A program made the position numbers and the translations under genes. This document shows, piece by piece, positions 37,870 to 52,425 of a stretch of DNA of 64,000 nucleotides. The DNA comes from Mustelus asterias (taxonomy: Eukaryota): NCBI RefSeq assembly GCF_964213995.1, contig NC_135830.1, forward strand, positions 19,282,001-19,346,000, given 5' to 3'. The notes under the pieces are model-generated. The model was given only the letters and a program-made list of their open reading frames with translations. It did no database searches and was not told the origin of the DNA. The number at the start of each line of letters is the position of its first letter. The stretch's first letter is position 1.

Positions 37870-40800
37870 GAAATCTGTTGACGAAAGGACTCGAGAAAGC
37901 AGGGAGGAAGATTATACAGTTGGTGTTGCGAAGGAGGATGTACTACCGGTTCTAGCAAGTTTAAGAATATTATAAATATTCAGGTCCAAATGAGTTGTGT
38001 CCCCGGCTGCTTTGTGAGGCGAGGGAAGAAAATACAGGGGCTCTGACGCGCCTCTTTGAATGCTCTCTGGCCACAGAGGACTTGCCAAAGGACTGGAGGA
38101 CAGCTAATGTGGCACCATTATTCAACTAATGAAGTCGTGACGAAACAAGTCATTACAAGCCAGTGAGTCAAATATCAGTGGTGGGGAAATAATTGGAAAA
38201 GAAGTGTAAGGGAAAGACTTAATCTCGATTTGGAGAGGCAAAGATTAATCGATGATCGTCACCATGACTTTGCCAGGGGAAGTCATGTCTAAGAAATTTG
38301 ATTGAGTTTTTCGAGGAGGTGACTAGGTGTATAGGTGAGGTCATTCCAGCTGATGTCTACCTGGACTTCAGGAGGCATCTGAGAAGGTCCGCATGGGAAA
38401 CCGATTAAGGAGTTAAGAGTACATGGGATCCAAGGAAAGCTGGCAAATTTGACAAAAAATGGCTTTGTGGCAGGAGGCAGAATGTCATGGACATAGAACA
38501 TAGAAAAGTACAGCACAGTACAGGCCCTTCGGCCCACGGTGTTGTGCCGAATCTTTTCCGAAAGCAAGATCAAGCTATCCCACTCCCTATCATTCTAGTG
38601 TGCTCCATGTGCCTATCCAATAACCGCTTGAAAGTTCCTAAAGTGTCCGACACCACTATCACAGCAGGCAGTCCATTCCACAATCCAACCACTCTCTGAG
38701 TAAAGAACCCACCCCGCACATCCCTCCTATTCCTTCTACCACGAACCTTATAGTTATGCCCCCTAGTAACAGCTACATCCACCCGAGTAAATAGTCACTG
38801 AACGTCCACTCTATCTATCCCCCTCATCATCTTATAAACCTCTATTAAGTCTCCTCTCATCCTCCTCCGCTCTAAAGAGAAAAGCCCGAGCTCCCTCAAC
38901 CTTTCCTCATAAGACGTACCCTCCAAACGAGGCAGCATCCTGATAAATCTCCTTTGCACTCTTTCCAGTGCTTCCACATCCTTCTTATAGTGAGGTGACC
39001 AGAACTGCACACAATATTCCAAATGTGGTCTCACCAAGGTCCTGTACAGTTGCAGCATATCCCCACGGCCCTCGAACCCAAACCCCCTGTTAATAAACGC
39101 TATCACACTATAGGCCTTCTTCACGGCTCTATCCACTGGAGTGGCAACCTTCAGAGATCTATCGATATGAACCCCAAGATCTCTCTGTTCCTCCACATTC
39201 CTCAGAGCCCTACCTTTGACCCTTTAATCCGCATTCAAATTTGTCCTACCAAAATTAATCACCTCGCACTTAGCAGGGTTAAACTCCACCTGCCATTTTT
39301 CGGCTCAGCTCTGCATCCTATCAATGTCTCTTTGCCGGCTATAACAGCCCTCCACCTCATCCACTACTCCACCAATCTTGGTGTCATCCACAAATTTACT
39401 GACCCACCCTTCAGTCCCCTCCTCCAAGTCATTTATAAAAATCACAAATAGCAGAGAGCCCAGCACTGATCCTTGTGGTACACCGCTGGTAACTGGTCTC
39501 CAGTCTTGAAAAATTTCCATCCACCACCACCCTCTGTCTTCGATCAGACAGCCAGTTACCTATCCAATCGGCCAAATTTCCCTCTATCCCACACCTCCTT
39601 ACTTTCTTCAGGAGCCGATCATGGGGGACCTTATCAAACACCTTACTGAAATCCATGTATATGACATCAACTGCTCTACCTTCATCGACACACTTAGTTA
39701 CCTCCTCAAAAAATTCAATCAAATTTGTGAGGCAAGACTTACCCTTCACGAATCCATGTTGACTATCCCAGATTAAGCTGCATCTTTCTAAATGGTCGTG
39801 AATCCTATCCCTCAGGACCTTTTCCATTAACTTACCCACCACCGAAGTAAGACTAACCGGCCTTTAATTACCAGGGTCATTCCTATTTCCTTTCTTGAAC
39901 AGAGGAACAATATTCGCCACTCTCCAGTCCTCTGGCACTATCCCCGTGGACAGTGAGGACCCAAAGATCAAAGCCAAAGGCTCTGCAATCTCATCCCTTG
40001 CCTCCCAAAGAATCCTAGGATATATTTCATCTGGCCCAGGGGACTTATCGACCTTCAGGTTTTTCAAAATTGCTAATACATCTTCCCTGAGAACATCTGC
40101 CTCCTCCAACCTATCAGCCTGTATCACACTCTCATCCTCAGAAACATGGTCCCTCTCCTTGGTGAACACTAAGGAAAAGTATTCATTCATCGCCTCTCCT
40201 ATCTCTTCTGACTCCATGCACAAGTTCCCACTACTGTTCTTGGCTGGCCCTAACCTCACCCTGGTCATTCTTTGATTCCTCACATAAGGGTAAAAAGCCT
40301 TGGGGTTTTCCTTGATCCGACCCACCAAGGACTTATCATGCCCCCTCCTAGCTCTCCCAAGCCCTTGTTTCAACTCATTCCTTGCTAACTTGCTACCTTC
40401 AATGGACCCAACTGAACCTTGTTTTCTCATTCTTTCATACGCTTTCTTCTTCCTCTTGACAAGACATTCAACCTCTTTTGTGAACCATGGTTCCCTCACT
40501 CGGCCATTTCCTCCCTGCCTGACAGGGACATACCTATCAAGGACACGTAGTATTTGTTCCTTGAACAAGCTCCACTTTTCATTTGTGCCTTTCCCTGACA
40601 GTATCTGTTCCCATCTTATGCTCCCTAATTCTTGCCTAATCGCATCATAATTACCCCTCCCCCAATTATAAACCTTGCCCTGCCGTACGGCCCTATCCCT
40701 CTCCATTGCAATGACGAAAGACACCGAATTGTGGTCGCTATCTCCAAAGTGCTCTCCCACAACCAAATCTAACACTTGGCCCGGTTCATTTCCCAGTACC

Positions 40801-41750
40801 AAATCCAACGTGGCCCCACCTCTTGTCGGCCTATCCACATATTGTGTCAGGAAACCCTCCTGCACACACTGTACAAAAACTGCCGCATCCGAACTATTCG
40901 ACCTATAAAGGTTCCAATCAATATTTGGAAATCAATATTTGGAATCATGGTCAAACGTTGCTTTGGTGACTGGAAAACTGTGTCCAGTGGTGTGCATCAG
41001 AATCGGTGCTGGGCCCATTTCCGTTTGTCGTGTACAAGTATGATCTGGACGTGAATGTGGGAGGGATGGGAGGGAAGTTCACAGACGGCACGAAAATCTG
41101 TGGTGTGGTAAATAGCAAGAGGTTTCGAGTACAGCAGCAGGGATATGTTGCTGCAATTATACGTGGCCTTGTTGAGGCCACACGTGGAATATTGTGTGCA
41201 ATTTTGGTCTCGTTTTCAGCGTGAGTATGTTCTTGCTCTCGAGGGAGTGCAGTGAAGGTTTACCAGGCTGATTCCATGGTTGGCGGGACTGATGTATGAG
41301 AAGAGCTTGGCTGGGTTAGTGTTGTTTTCGCTGGACTTCAGACGAATGGGGGAAGGGGGTGGGCTCGCATAGAGCCTTATAAAATTATAACAGGACGAGA
41401 AAGGGTAGATGCAGGGAGGATGTTCCCAGTGGTGGAGGAGTCCAGAACCAGGGGTCACAGTCTCAGGATTCGGAGCTGACCATTTAGGACGGAGATGAGA
41501 CGTCATTTTTTCACGCAAAGAGTGGTGAGCCTATGAAATTCATTACCACATGGAGTAGTTGATGCCAAAACATTGACTGTATTCAAGAGGCGGCGGGATG
41601 CAGCACTTGGGACGAATGGGATCAAAGGCTGTGGGGAGAAAGCAGGATTAGGCTATTGAGCTGGACGATCAGCCAGTCGTGATGACTGGCAGAGCAGGCT
41701 CGAAGGGCCAAATGGCCCCCTCCTGCTCCGATCTTCGATGTTTCTATGTT
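37870..41750 (+). mobile_element. Old CR1 RT copy, split by the younger CR1 at 38491-40944
   Basis: Degraded CR1 motifs on both sides join at the TCATGG duplication; TTTCTATG tail near 41745. Confidence 0.75.
38491..40944 (-). mobile_element. Young CR1 LINE (endonuclease C-terminal part and RT), 6-bp TSD
   Basis: ORFs 39864-40865 (LDLVL, GDSDHN), 39429-39842, 39305-39520 and 38795-39196; TCATGG at 38485-38490 and 40945-40950; same subfamily as 9960-12061. Confidence 0.95.
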
Positions 41751-41999
41751 ACACTCGCACTCTCCACTAGAGGGAGGTGAAAGGACAATCATTAACACAG
41801 CACATTATCACTGACTCGTTACATTTTCGGTTTACAACTCACTATCCGGCCGAAGGCTCCAACTATTGCACATGCGAATGACCTTCTACACATATATATA
41901 TATATTATATAGATTCTATGCATCGTAGTATTTTGCTAAAAGTCTTGTCACAGTTAATCACATTTCAACAGATTGAATTCTAATAATCAATCCTATTGG

Positions 42000-42563
42000 C
42001 AGTGGCGGATTTGGCTGAGTAGGCTTAAGCCTAGGGGCCCGGAAGGGAGGGGGGCCCGGGATCTGGCAAGAGATCGACTGCACGAGGTGTATCCAAATAC
42101 ATACATTTGCTTTAGAATTTATCTGTCCTTAATGATCACTAACTGTTCAGTTGAGTGTTCATTTTCGGCACTGAAGAGGATCAAAATCTATTTGCGCTCA
42201 ACAATGAGCGATGAGAAACTTAGTCATCTGGCACTTATGCACATTGAATCAGACATGCTTCGATCTGTTGATTTACATGCTGTTATCGACACTTTCGTAA
42301 ACCAAAAAACACTGAAGCTTTTTAAAGTACAAATGTAAAGAAAATGAAAAATAAATGAATAAAAGGGCTGTAATTGATTCATATAACTTTATGATATTAT
42401 ACATGTAGGACATTACACATAGTACAACGATGTAAGTTTTCTGACGTCACCTAACGTCATTTTATTCTATTCAACGAAGGGTGGGGCAGGGTGCAGGGGG
42501 CACGGTCAGGGGGCCTTGCTAAAGCTCAGCCTAGGGGCCCGGGTGGTAGTTAATCCGCCACTG
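42000..42563 (+). mobile_element. hAT (Tip100/Zaphod-like) internally deleted DNA transposon
   Basis: Perfect 12-bp TIR CAGTGGCGGATT..AATCCGCCACTG; perfect 8-bp TSD CCTATTGG (41992-41999, 42564-42571); hAT C-terminal dimerisation motif YPN..RIYL..TNCSVECSFSALKRIK.YLRSTM..EKLSHLALMHIE. Confidence 0.93.
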
Positions 42564-42858
42564 CCTATTGGGATCCTTCACAGCTCTGTGACTTATTTCT
42601 AAAGCTGATCCTGTTGATCTTTTTGCGTTATGCTAGCAGATACCACATTGCCTCTCTCTCATATCATATTTTTGCAAAGAGTTGGGAATAATGTTCCCTA
42701 CTATGCACGCCACCAGCATCAGGCACAGTTTTTGATGAAACCTAGAGCAAAGATGAAACAGACACACATGTGCATGCATGTATGCATATGCGCATACAAA
42801 CATATATACCACACAAACACACACAAATGCACGCATACATACAAAGAGAAAGGCAGAT

Positions 42859-42991
42859 NNNNNNNNNNNNNNNNNNNNNNNNNNNNNNNNNNNNNNNNNN
42901 NNNNNNNNNNNNNNNNNNNNNNNNNNNNNNNNNNNNNNNNNNNNNNNNNNNNNNNNNNNNNNNNNNNNNNNNNNNNNNNNNNNNNNNNNNN
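42859..42991. other. Assembly gap (133 N)
   Basis: Run of N. Confidence 1.
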
Positions 42992-43129
42992 AAGCATTAA
43001 GGAATGCATTTGCATTCTCTCACAAAATATAGCCATGAAGAGAAATGTTATCCTGGAAATGAACACACATATGTGGAGAAAGATAAGTCGACATTAGCAA
43101 GAACACACAGAGACACATATTTCGTAGAA

Positions 43130-46100
43130 ACATAGCAACTTGGAGATAGAAGCAGGAGTAGGTCATTCGGCCCTTCGAGCCTGCTCCACCATTCGTTTTG
43201 CTTATGTCTGATCAGCACATTCAATATCCTGATCCCGCCCTCTCCTCGTATCCTTTGATCTCTTTAGCCCTAAGAGCTATATCTAATTTCTTCTTGAAAT
43301 CAAACAACGTTCTAGCCTCAACTACATTCTGTGGTAGTGAATTCTACAGATTCACCCCTCTCCGGTGAACACATTTCTCCTCATCTCAGTCCGAGAAGTC
43401 CCCAAACAACGACCCCAGTTCTGGACTCCACACTATCGGGCACATTCTTTCTGAATCTACCCGGTCCAACCCTGTTAGAATTTTGAAAGTTTCTATGAGA
43501 CTCCCTCTCACTCTTCTAAACTCCAATGAATATAATCCTAACCGACTTAGTCTCTCCTCATAACCCATGAATAAACACACGCATATCCACAAACATTAAC
43601 AGACATGCCGAAAAGCACATAAGCATGCATAGCGCAAAGGGACATTGCCACGTAAATATATTTGCACATGAATAAAAACATGCATGCGGACAAAACATTA
43701 ACTACAGACATGGAATCACGAATGCATGCATAAACACAGATATAAGTACACCAGGACAGAGAAACAAACATGAATACAGATGTTAGGTCAAAATCATGCA
43801 TACCAATACAGAAACACACAATAATGCAATAACGACAAACACCGCAGTCAGAGGTGTAACATGGACTCAGGTATGTTCGTTGGTAGATAATCTCAAGGTG
43901 CACACACAGATGCAGATGCATGGATATGCACATCAGCACTCATACACATGCAAGTACAGAATAATGCAAAGTAAGCGGTACAAATATATATGGAGTCATA
44001 GAGTCATAGAGGTTTACTGCATGGAAACAGGCCCTTCGGCCCAACTTGTCCATGCCGCCCCTTTTTTACCTCCTAAGCTAGTCCCAATTGCCTGCGTTTG
44101 GCCCATATCCCTCTAGACCCATCTTACCCATGTAACTGTCTAAACGTTTTTGAAAAGATAGAATCGTACCCGCCTCTATTACTATCTCTGGCAGCTTGTT
44201 CCAGACACTCACCACATCTGTGTGAAAAAATTGCCCCTCTGGACACTTTTGTATCCCTCCCCTCTCACTTTAAACTAATGCTCTCTAGTTTTAGACTCCA
44301 CTCCCTTTGGGAAAAGATATTGACTAACTGATCAATGCCCCTCATTATTTTACAGACCTCTACAAGATCACCCCTGAACCTCCTACGCTCCAGATAGAAA
44401 GTCCCAGTCTATTCAGCCTCTCCTTATAACTCAAACAATCAAGTCCCGGTAGCATCATAGTAAATCTTTTCTGCACTCTTTCTAGTTTAATAATATCATT
44501 TCTATAATAGGGTGACCAGAACTGTACACAGTATTCAAGTGTGGCCTTACACAATGTCTTGTACAACTTCAACAAGACACCCAACTCCCGTATTCAATGT
44601 TCGACAGATGAAACCAAGCATGCCACATGCCTTCTTCACCACTCTGTCCACCTGTGACTCCACTTTCTAGGAGCTATGAACCTGTACCCCCAGACCTCTT
44701 GGTGCTATAACTCTCCCCAACGCCCTACCATTGACTAAGTAAGTCCTGCCCTGGTTCAATCGACCAAAATGCATCACCTCGCATTTATTTAAATTAAACT
44801 CCATCTGCTATTCGTCAGCCCACATGCCCAATTAATCAAGATATCTATGGAGGAAACAAGGAACAAAAAACAACACCACGCTATGGATAAAAGAATAATT
44901 GAAACGTATTTCATTGACAGCAACATTCGCCAAAGTTGGCGCTAACTGATCCGAAAGACACAAATAACAGCTAAAATTGCTTTAGTTAATGATATGACAA
45001 GTAGCTCCATTAATAGATAGACGGTTCTGCAACGCCAAAAAAAATTCCAGGATGGTATGTTGCCTCCCGAGTGCTGGTGTCAAGGATGTCTGAGAGCGAT
45101 TGCAGGACACTTAAGTTTATTTATTAATGTCACAAGTCGGCTTACATTAACATGGCAATGAAGTTACTCGGAAAATCCCCAAGGCACCACACTTCAGCAC
45201 CTGTTCGGGTACACTGAGGGATAATTTAGCATGGCCAATGCACCTATCCAGCACGTTTTTCGGACAGTGGGAGGAAACCAGAACACCCATAAGACCATTA
45301 GACTAGGAGCAGAATTAAGCCATTCGGCCCAGCGAGTCTGCTCCGCCATTCAATCATGGCTGATATTTTTATCAACCCCATTCTCCTGCCTTCCCCCCAT
45401 AACACATGATTCCCTTATTAGTCAAGAACCTATGTATCTCTGTCTTAAAGAAACTCAATGACCTGGCCTCCACAGCCTTCTGCGGCAAGGAGTTCCACAG
45501 ATTCACCACTCTCTGACTGAAGAAATTCCTCCAAATCTCTTTTTAAAGGATCGTCCCTTTAGCCTGAGGTTGAGCTCTCTGGTTCTAGTTTTTCCTACAC
45601 GTGGAAACATCCTCTCCATGTCCACTCAATCCAGGCCTCTCAGTATCCTGTAAGTTTCAATACGATCCCCCCTCATCGTGCTTGACAAATCAACTGGAAT
45701 TATTTGAAGATGTAACTCGTGGAGTTGACCAGTGAGAATTTATGGATGTCGTTTATTGAGACTTGCATTAGGCTTTCGACAAGGCCTCACATAACAGAAC
45801 TATAAAAAGATCAAGCACGTGGAGTATTGTCTTGAGATAGGTAGGAAGTTGTTTATCAGACAGGAAGCAAAAACTTGGAAAAATTAGTCTTTGTCCGATT
45901 GGCAGGCATTCATGATTGGGTGCTGCAGGGATCTGTGCTGGGGCACCAATTGTTCACATTATATAATAATGATTTGGACGAGGGCAACTAAATGCATTAC
46001 CTCCAACTTTGCAGATGACACAAAGTTGGTTTAACATCAGAACATAAGAAATAGGAGCAGGAGGAGACCATCTCGCCCCTCGAGCCTGCCCCGCCATTCA

Positions 46101-48150
46101 ATAAGATCATGGCTGATCTGAAGTGAATCACTTTCACTTACCCGCCTGCTCCCCATAACCCTTAATTCCCCTAGCGATCAGAAATCCATCGATCCATGAC
46201 TTAAACATGTTCACCGAGGTAGCCTCCACCACTTCAGTGGGCAGAGAATTCCAGAGATTCACCATCCTCTGAGAGAAGAAGTTCCTCCTCAACTCTGCCC
46301 TGAACTGACCACTCTTTATATTGAGCCTGTGCCCTCTAGTTTTGGTTTCCTTTCTAAGTGGAAAGAATCACTCCACTTCTACACTATCCAGCCCCTTCAT
46401 TATCTTATATGCCTCTATAAGATCACCCCTCAGCCTTCTAAACTCCAACGAGTACAAACCTAATCTGCTCAGTCTCTCCTCATAATCTACACCCCTCGTC
46501 TCCGGTATCAATCTGGTGAACCTTCTCTGCACTCCCTCCAAGGCCAATATATCCGTTCGCAAGTAAGGGGACCAAAATTGCACACAGTATTCCAGCTGCG
46601 GCCTCACCAATGCCTTTTACAGATGCAGCAAGACATCTCTGCTTTCACATTCTACCCCCCTCGCGATAAATGCCAACATCCCATTTGCCTTCTTGATCAC
46701 CTGTTGTCCTTGCAGACTGAGTTTTTGCGACTCATGCACAAGGACCCCCAGGTCCCTTTGCACAGTAGCATGTTGTAATTTTTTCCATTTAAATAATAAT
46801 CCAATTTGCTAATATTTCTTCCAAAGTGAATAACCTCGCATTTGCCAACGTTATACACCATCTGCCAGATCCTCGCCCACTCACTCAGCCCATTCAAATC
46901 TCTCTGCAGACCGTCCGCTTCCTCCACGCAATTCACTTTCCCACTTATCTTCGTGTCGTCAGCAAACTTCGTTACCCTACACTCAGTCCCCTCCTCCAGA
47001 TCATCTATGTAAATAGTAAACAGTTGAGGCCCCAGTACCGATCCGTGCGGCACGCCACTCGTCTCCATCTGCCAACGACAAAAGCACCCATTTATTCCAA
47101 CTCTCTGCTTCCTGTTGGATACCAATCCCCAATCCACGCTAACACCCTACTCCCAACTCCGTGTGCCCCAATCTTCTGCAGCAACCTTTTGTGAGCCACC
47201 TTATCGAATGCCTTTTGGAAATCCAAAAACACCACATCTACCGGTTCCGCTACGTCAATCGCACGAGTCACATCTTCATAAAAATCCAGTAAGTTCGTCA
47301 AACACGACTTTCCTCTCATGAATCCATGCTGCGTCTGCTTGATCGAACCATTCTTATCCAGATGGCCTGCTATTTCTTCTTTGATGATGGATTCCAGCAT
47401 TTTCCCAACTACAGACGTTAAGCTAAAGTCTGTCGTTGGGAAGGGAGCTGTGAGGAGAATGCAGAAATTCAGCAGCGTGATTTGGACAGGCTGAATGAGT
47501 GAGAATATGCATGTCAGATGCAGTATAATGAGGACGAAAATGAGGTTATCCATTTCAGTTTCAAAATTATGAAGGTAGATTATTATTTGAATGCGTGTAA
47601 ATTGAGAGAGTTGGATACACAGCGGGACCTTGCAGTCCTCGTGCATCAGTCACTGAAAGTAAGTGCGCGGGAACAACAGGCAGTAAAGATTGCAAGTGGT
47701 ATGTTGGCCTTCAGAGCAAGAGGATTTGTGTATAGTGTTTTCCTGCAATCTGTAGGGTGTTGGTGATACCACCCCTTGAGTATTGCGTTCAGTTTTGCTG
47801 TCCTTATCTGAGGAAGGATGTTTTTCTAATCCAAGGAGTACAGTCGAAGTTTACCAGGCTGATTCCTGTGATGACAGGACTGCCATATGAGGAGAGACTA
47901 AGTGGGTTAGCATTATATTCATTGGCGTTTCGAAGAGTGAGAAAGGATCTCATTAAAACGTATATGGCAGGATTACACAGGGTTGGTTCAGAAAGAATGT
48001 ACCCGATGTTGGTTGAGTCATAACTAGGGGGTCATAGTTCACGGAGAAGAGGTAAACCTTTTGGGTCTGAGGTGAGGAGAAATTTCTTCACTCAGAGATT
48101 GGTGAATCTGTGGAATTCACTATCACAGAAAATAATTAATGCCGAGAAGT
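43130..48150. mobile_element. Stack of nested CR1 fragments in both orientations (minus ~43130-43565, 43995-44845, 45290-45680, 46035-47425; plus ~45680-46030, 47430-48150) and a V-SINE tail at ~45110-45290
   Basis: Multiple RT C-terminal ORFs (44360, 46368, 46697, 47092, 47757) and CATAGAA/CATAAGA tails. Confidence 0.85.
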
Positions 48151-49223
48151 GTAAAAATAATAAGAGCGTGATTATAGTAATATTATATTACTAATAATTA
48201 TTATTATATTAATAACAATAATAGCAATAATATCAGGTGATTTCAACTTTCCCAACATTAACTGGGATAGCCATGATGTAAAGGGCTTAGATGGAATAGA
48301 GATTCTGAAATGTATACAGGAGAACTTCTTAGGTCAATATGTACAGGATCCAACAAGGGAAGGAGCTGTGCTGGACCTAATTCTGGGGAATGAAGCCGGT
48401 GGTTGATGTGTTGGTGGGGTAGCATTTTGGTGATAGCGTCCACAACATGGTTCAATTCAAATTTGTTATGGACAAAGAAATTAACAAGTTGCAGAAAAGG
48501 GTTTTGGATTGGGGGAGAGTAGATTTTAACAAAATTAGGCAGGATCTGGCCAAGGCTGGAATGCGTTACTTGTGGGGAAATCTACAGAAGAGCAGTGGGG
48601 GGTGTTCAAAGATGAAATGGGGAGGGTACAGGCCCAACATGGTCCCTCGAGGGTTATAGGAAGGTATAACAAATCCAGAGAACCATGGATGTCCAGAGAC
48701 ATTCAGAATGCAATTAGAAGGAAAAAAAAGGCTTTTAACAAGTAAGTCTGTGGAGGCATTAGTGCAGTGCAGAAAGTGCAGGATGGAGCTTAAGTGATCA
48801 ATTAAGAGAGCAAAGAGGGGATATGAGAAAGTTCTGGTTAGTAAAAGTAGGAAAAATCCGAATAAATTCTATAAGTATATCAATGGGAAGAGAATAACCA
48901 AGGAAAGAGTAGGGCCAATTAGGGTCCGAGCGGGAAATCTGTGGATGGAGCAGAGGACAGTGGTCGGGTGTTCAGCGAATATTTCGCACCTGTCTTCACC
49001 TATGATAATGAGAAGATAGTTCTGCAACTGGGAGAGAGAGACTGTAAGGCTCTCATGAAAATTGTCATCGGGAGTAACAAGGCATTGGAGGTTTTGGCGG
49101 GCTTAAAAGTGGGCAAATCTCCAGGTCCGGAAGAATTGTGCCCCAGGCTGTTGTGCGGGGCAAGGGAGGAAATTGCAGGAGCTCTAACTCAAATTTTTAA
49201 TTCGTTCCTGGCCACGGGGAGGT

Positions 49224-49345
49224 CATGATGTGGAGATGCCGGCGTTGGACTGGGGTAAACACAGTAAGAAGTTTAACAACACCAGGTTAAAGTCCAACAG
49301 GTTTATTTGGTAGCAAAAGCCACACAAAGGGTTAAACTTCTCACT
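49224..49345. mobile_element. Penelope-like element terminal fragment
   Basis: TGATGTGGAGATGCCGGCGTTGGACTGGGGTAAACACAGTAAG..AGGTTAAAGTCCAACAGG between GGGGAGGT duplicates (49216-49223, 49346-49353). Family assignment is from recall of shark repeats. Confidence 0.65.
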
Positions 49346-49991
49346 GGGGAGGTGCCAGAGGACTGGAAAACTGGAGGACTGGAGATAATGTGCTCCCACT
49401 ATCGAAGGAAGGTTGTGGAGACAGGGAATACAGACCAATGAGTCTCAGGTCTGTGATTGGGAAACTAGTGGAGAAGATTCTAAAGGAGAGATTGTATCTC
49501 CATTTAAAGAGGCATGGTTTGATCAGGAATAGTCATCATGGTTTTGTCAGAGGGAGCTCATGCCTAACAAATTTGATTGAATTTTCTGAACATGTAACCA
49601 ATTGTGTGGATGAGGGCAGGGCGGTTCATGTAGTTTACATGGATTTCAGCACAACCTTTGACAAAGTCCCACATGGGAGACTTATTAAGAAGACTAATTC
49701 ACATGGGATGCAGGGTGATCTGACAAAGTTGATTCATAATGGCTTCGCGGCAGAAAACAGAGGGTGGTGACAGACGGCGGTTTTAGTGACTGGAGGCCAG
49801 TGACCAGTGGCGCATCACAGGGATCCGTGCTGGAGCCCCTATTGTTCGTCATTTATATAAAGGACATAGATGTCTATGTGGGGTTATGATCAGTAAGTTT
49901 GACGATGACAGAAGGATTGGCCAGGTGGTTAACTGTGAGGTTGAGTTACAGTAAGACATCGACGAGATGGTCAAATGGACAAGTAAGTAGT

Positions 49992-50340
49992 GGGCGGCAT
50001 GGTAGCACAGTGGTTAGCACTGCTGCTTCACGGCTTCAGGGACCTGGGTTCGATGCACGGCTCGGGTCACTGTCTATATGGAGTTTGCACATTCTCCTCG
50101 TGTCTGCGTGGGTTTCCTCCGGGTGCTCCGGTTTCCTCCCACAGTCCAAAGATGTGCGGGTTAGGTTGATTGGCATCATGCTAAAGTTGCCCCTTCGTGT
50201 CCTGAGATGTGTAGGTTCGAGGGATTAGCGGGTAAAATATGTGGGGATATGGGGTAGGGCCTGGGTGGGATTGTGGTCGGTGCAGACTCGATGGGCCGAA
50301 TGGCCTCTTCCTGAACTGTCGGGTTTCTGTGGTTCTATGA
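49992..50340 (+). mobile_element. HE1-like V-SINE
   Basis: Full head, V-domain and tail. Confidence 0.9.
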
Positions 50341-51944
50341 TTCCACGCGGCAGGTGAAAAGTGTGAACTGATTTGGAAGGAGTAATTTGACAAGCAAATA
50401 TAGTGGGAAATTCGAAAGCGCAAAGGGACCTTTGCGTGCTCCTCCATAGATCTCTGAAGGTGGAAAGGCAGGAAAATAGGGTGGCGAAAAAGACATATGG
50501 CACACTCGCCTTTCTCAATTGGGGTATAGATTAGAAAATCAGAGAGATCATGATGGAGTTGTATAGAACGTTGGTGAGGCCACATCTAGAGTACTGTGTG
50601 CAGTTCTCGTCGCCACATTGTAGGAAGGATGTGAAGGCGCTGGAGGGAGTGCAGAGGAGATTCACCAGGATGCTGCGTGGGATGGAACATTTAAGTTATA
50701 AAGAGAGATTGGATAGGCTTGGGCTGTTTTCGTTGGAGTAGAGAAGACCAAGGGGCGACCTGATTGAGGTGTTCAAGATTATGAGGGGCATGGACAGGAT
50801 ACATAGGGAGCAGCTGTTCCCCTTAGCTGAAAGGTCAGTTGCGAGGGGACACAAGTTTAAAGTGAGGGGTGGGAGGTGTAGGGGGGATTTGAGAAAAAAA
50901 TCCTTTTTACTCAGGGGGTGGTGACGGTCTGGAATGCAATGCCTGGGAGGATGGTGGAGGCGGGCTGCCTCACATCCTTTAAAAAATTCTGGGACGAGTA
51001 CTTGGCAAGCCATAACATTCAAGGCTATTGGCCAAGTGTTGGCAAGTGGGATTAGGTAGGCAGGTCAGGGTATTTCATGCGTCGGTGCAGACTCGATGGG
51101 CCGAAGGGCCTCTTCTGCACTGTAGTATTCTGAGATTCTGTGATGTCACAACGTGTTATGATTTCAAGAACGAATTAGATATAGCTCTTGGGGTGATAGT
51201 GATCACGATTAAGGGGGGAGGCAGGATCAGGTTTTAAATTATTAGATTTCAGCCACGATCATAATGAATAGCGGGCCACGCTTGAAGGGCCGAATGGGCT
51301 GCTCTTGCTACTATTTTCTTTGTAAGTTTCTCAAATAGAAACATACGTTTGGAACTCGGACCGTACTGTTCTATCGCGTTCTTCACAGTCTCCAACTGAA
51401 TAGTTATCTGAAACGATGGTTAAGGAAATCATTATCAGGTAATACACTTCCTTAGGTATCGCAACATAATATATCCAGAACGACAGATTATTAAAAACTG
51501 ATTCAGGATTACTTTGCACCTAACGGGAAAGACAAGATACCACAGTTTCAAGCACATATGTATGAAATGTCATGAAATCATTTTATATTGTGGCTGACTG
51601 TTTTATAACCTGACAACTGTGGAGGTTGAAGCATTCAAGACACAGATGTATCATATTGGTTATATTTGGTCCGGCCAGTAACAAAAGCAGAACTCATTGC
51701 AATGTTTTGATAGGTCATGCTAATCAGTTCAAAGGTCCACTGAACATCAGTTCAAGGATCAGACAATTTTTCGCCAGTCAGAGGATGTGAAGCAGGAGAA
51801 AAACATCCATGCAGCTCATGGCTTGCTGTTGGCAAGGAGAATCTGGCTTGGAATGCTCAAGAAGGGAATGAGGCAGAAAGCACAAAACTAAAGAGGTGAC
51901 TTTTTGATTTGGTTTGATTTATTATTGTCACGTATTAGTATACA

Positions 51945-52425
51945 GGCGACACGGTGGCACTGTGGTTAGCACTGCTGCCTCACAGTATAGTGTTACAGTC
52001 ATAGCCAAGGACCCGGATTTGATTCCCGGCTTGTGTCACTGTACGGAATCTGGACGTTCTCCCCCGTGTCTGCGTGGGTTTCCTCCGGGTGCTCCGGTTT
52101 CCTCCCACAGTCCAAAGATGTGCGGGTTAGGTTGATTGGCCAGGTTAAAAAATTGCCCCTTAGAGTCCTGGGATGTGTAGGTTAGAGGGATTAGCGGGTA
52201 AAAATATGTGGGGGTAGGGCCTGGGTGGGATTGTGGTCGGTGCAGACTCGATGGGCCGAATGGCCTCCTTCTGCACTGTAGGGTTTCTATGTGCTGGTTC
52301 GGTGCATTGGCCATGCTAAATTCTCCCCCAGTGTACCCAAACAGGCACTAGAGTGTGGCGACGAGGGGATTTTCACAGTAACTTCGTTGCAATAATAATG
52401 CAAGCCTACTTGTGACAAATAAATA
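51945..52425 (+). mobile_element. Chimeric/nested V-SINE (HE1 body and tail followed by second-subfamily tail) inside an antisense LINE 3' end
   Basis: HE1 tail ends TTTCTATG at ~52291, then the second-type tail follows; TATACAG duplicated at the flanks. The host repeat also occurs at ~4825-5070. Confidence 0.75.

Larger units (their letters stand above)
48230..51130 (+). mobile_element. Long degraded CR1 ORF2 copy with nested Penelope-like fragment and V-SINE
   Basis: Endonuclease-end motifs (GDFNFP.INW, LDLILGN), KSPGPEELCP, HHGFVRGSSCLTNL and C-terminal RT; 3' UTR ends ~51130. Confidence 0.85.

Noticed and set aside
42630-43097. ORFs spanning the N run
   Set aside because: Artefacts of the assembly gap and simple repeats.
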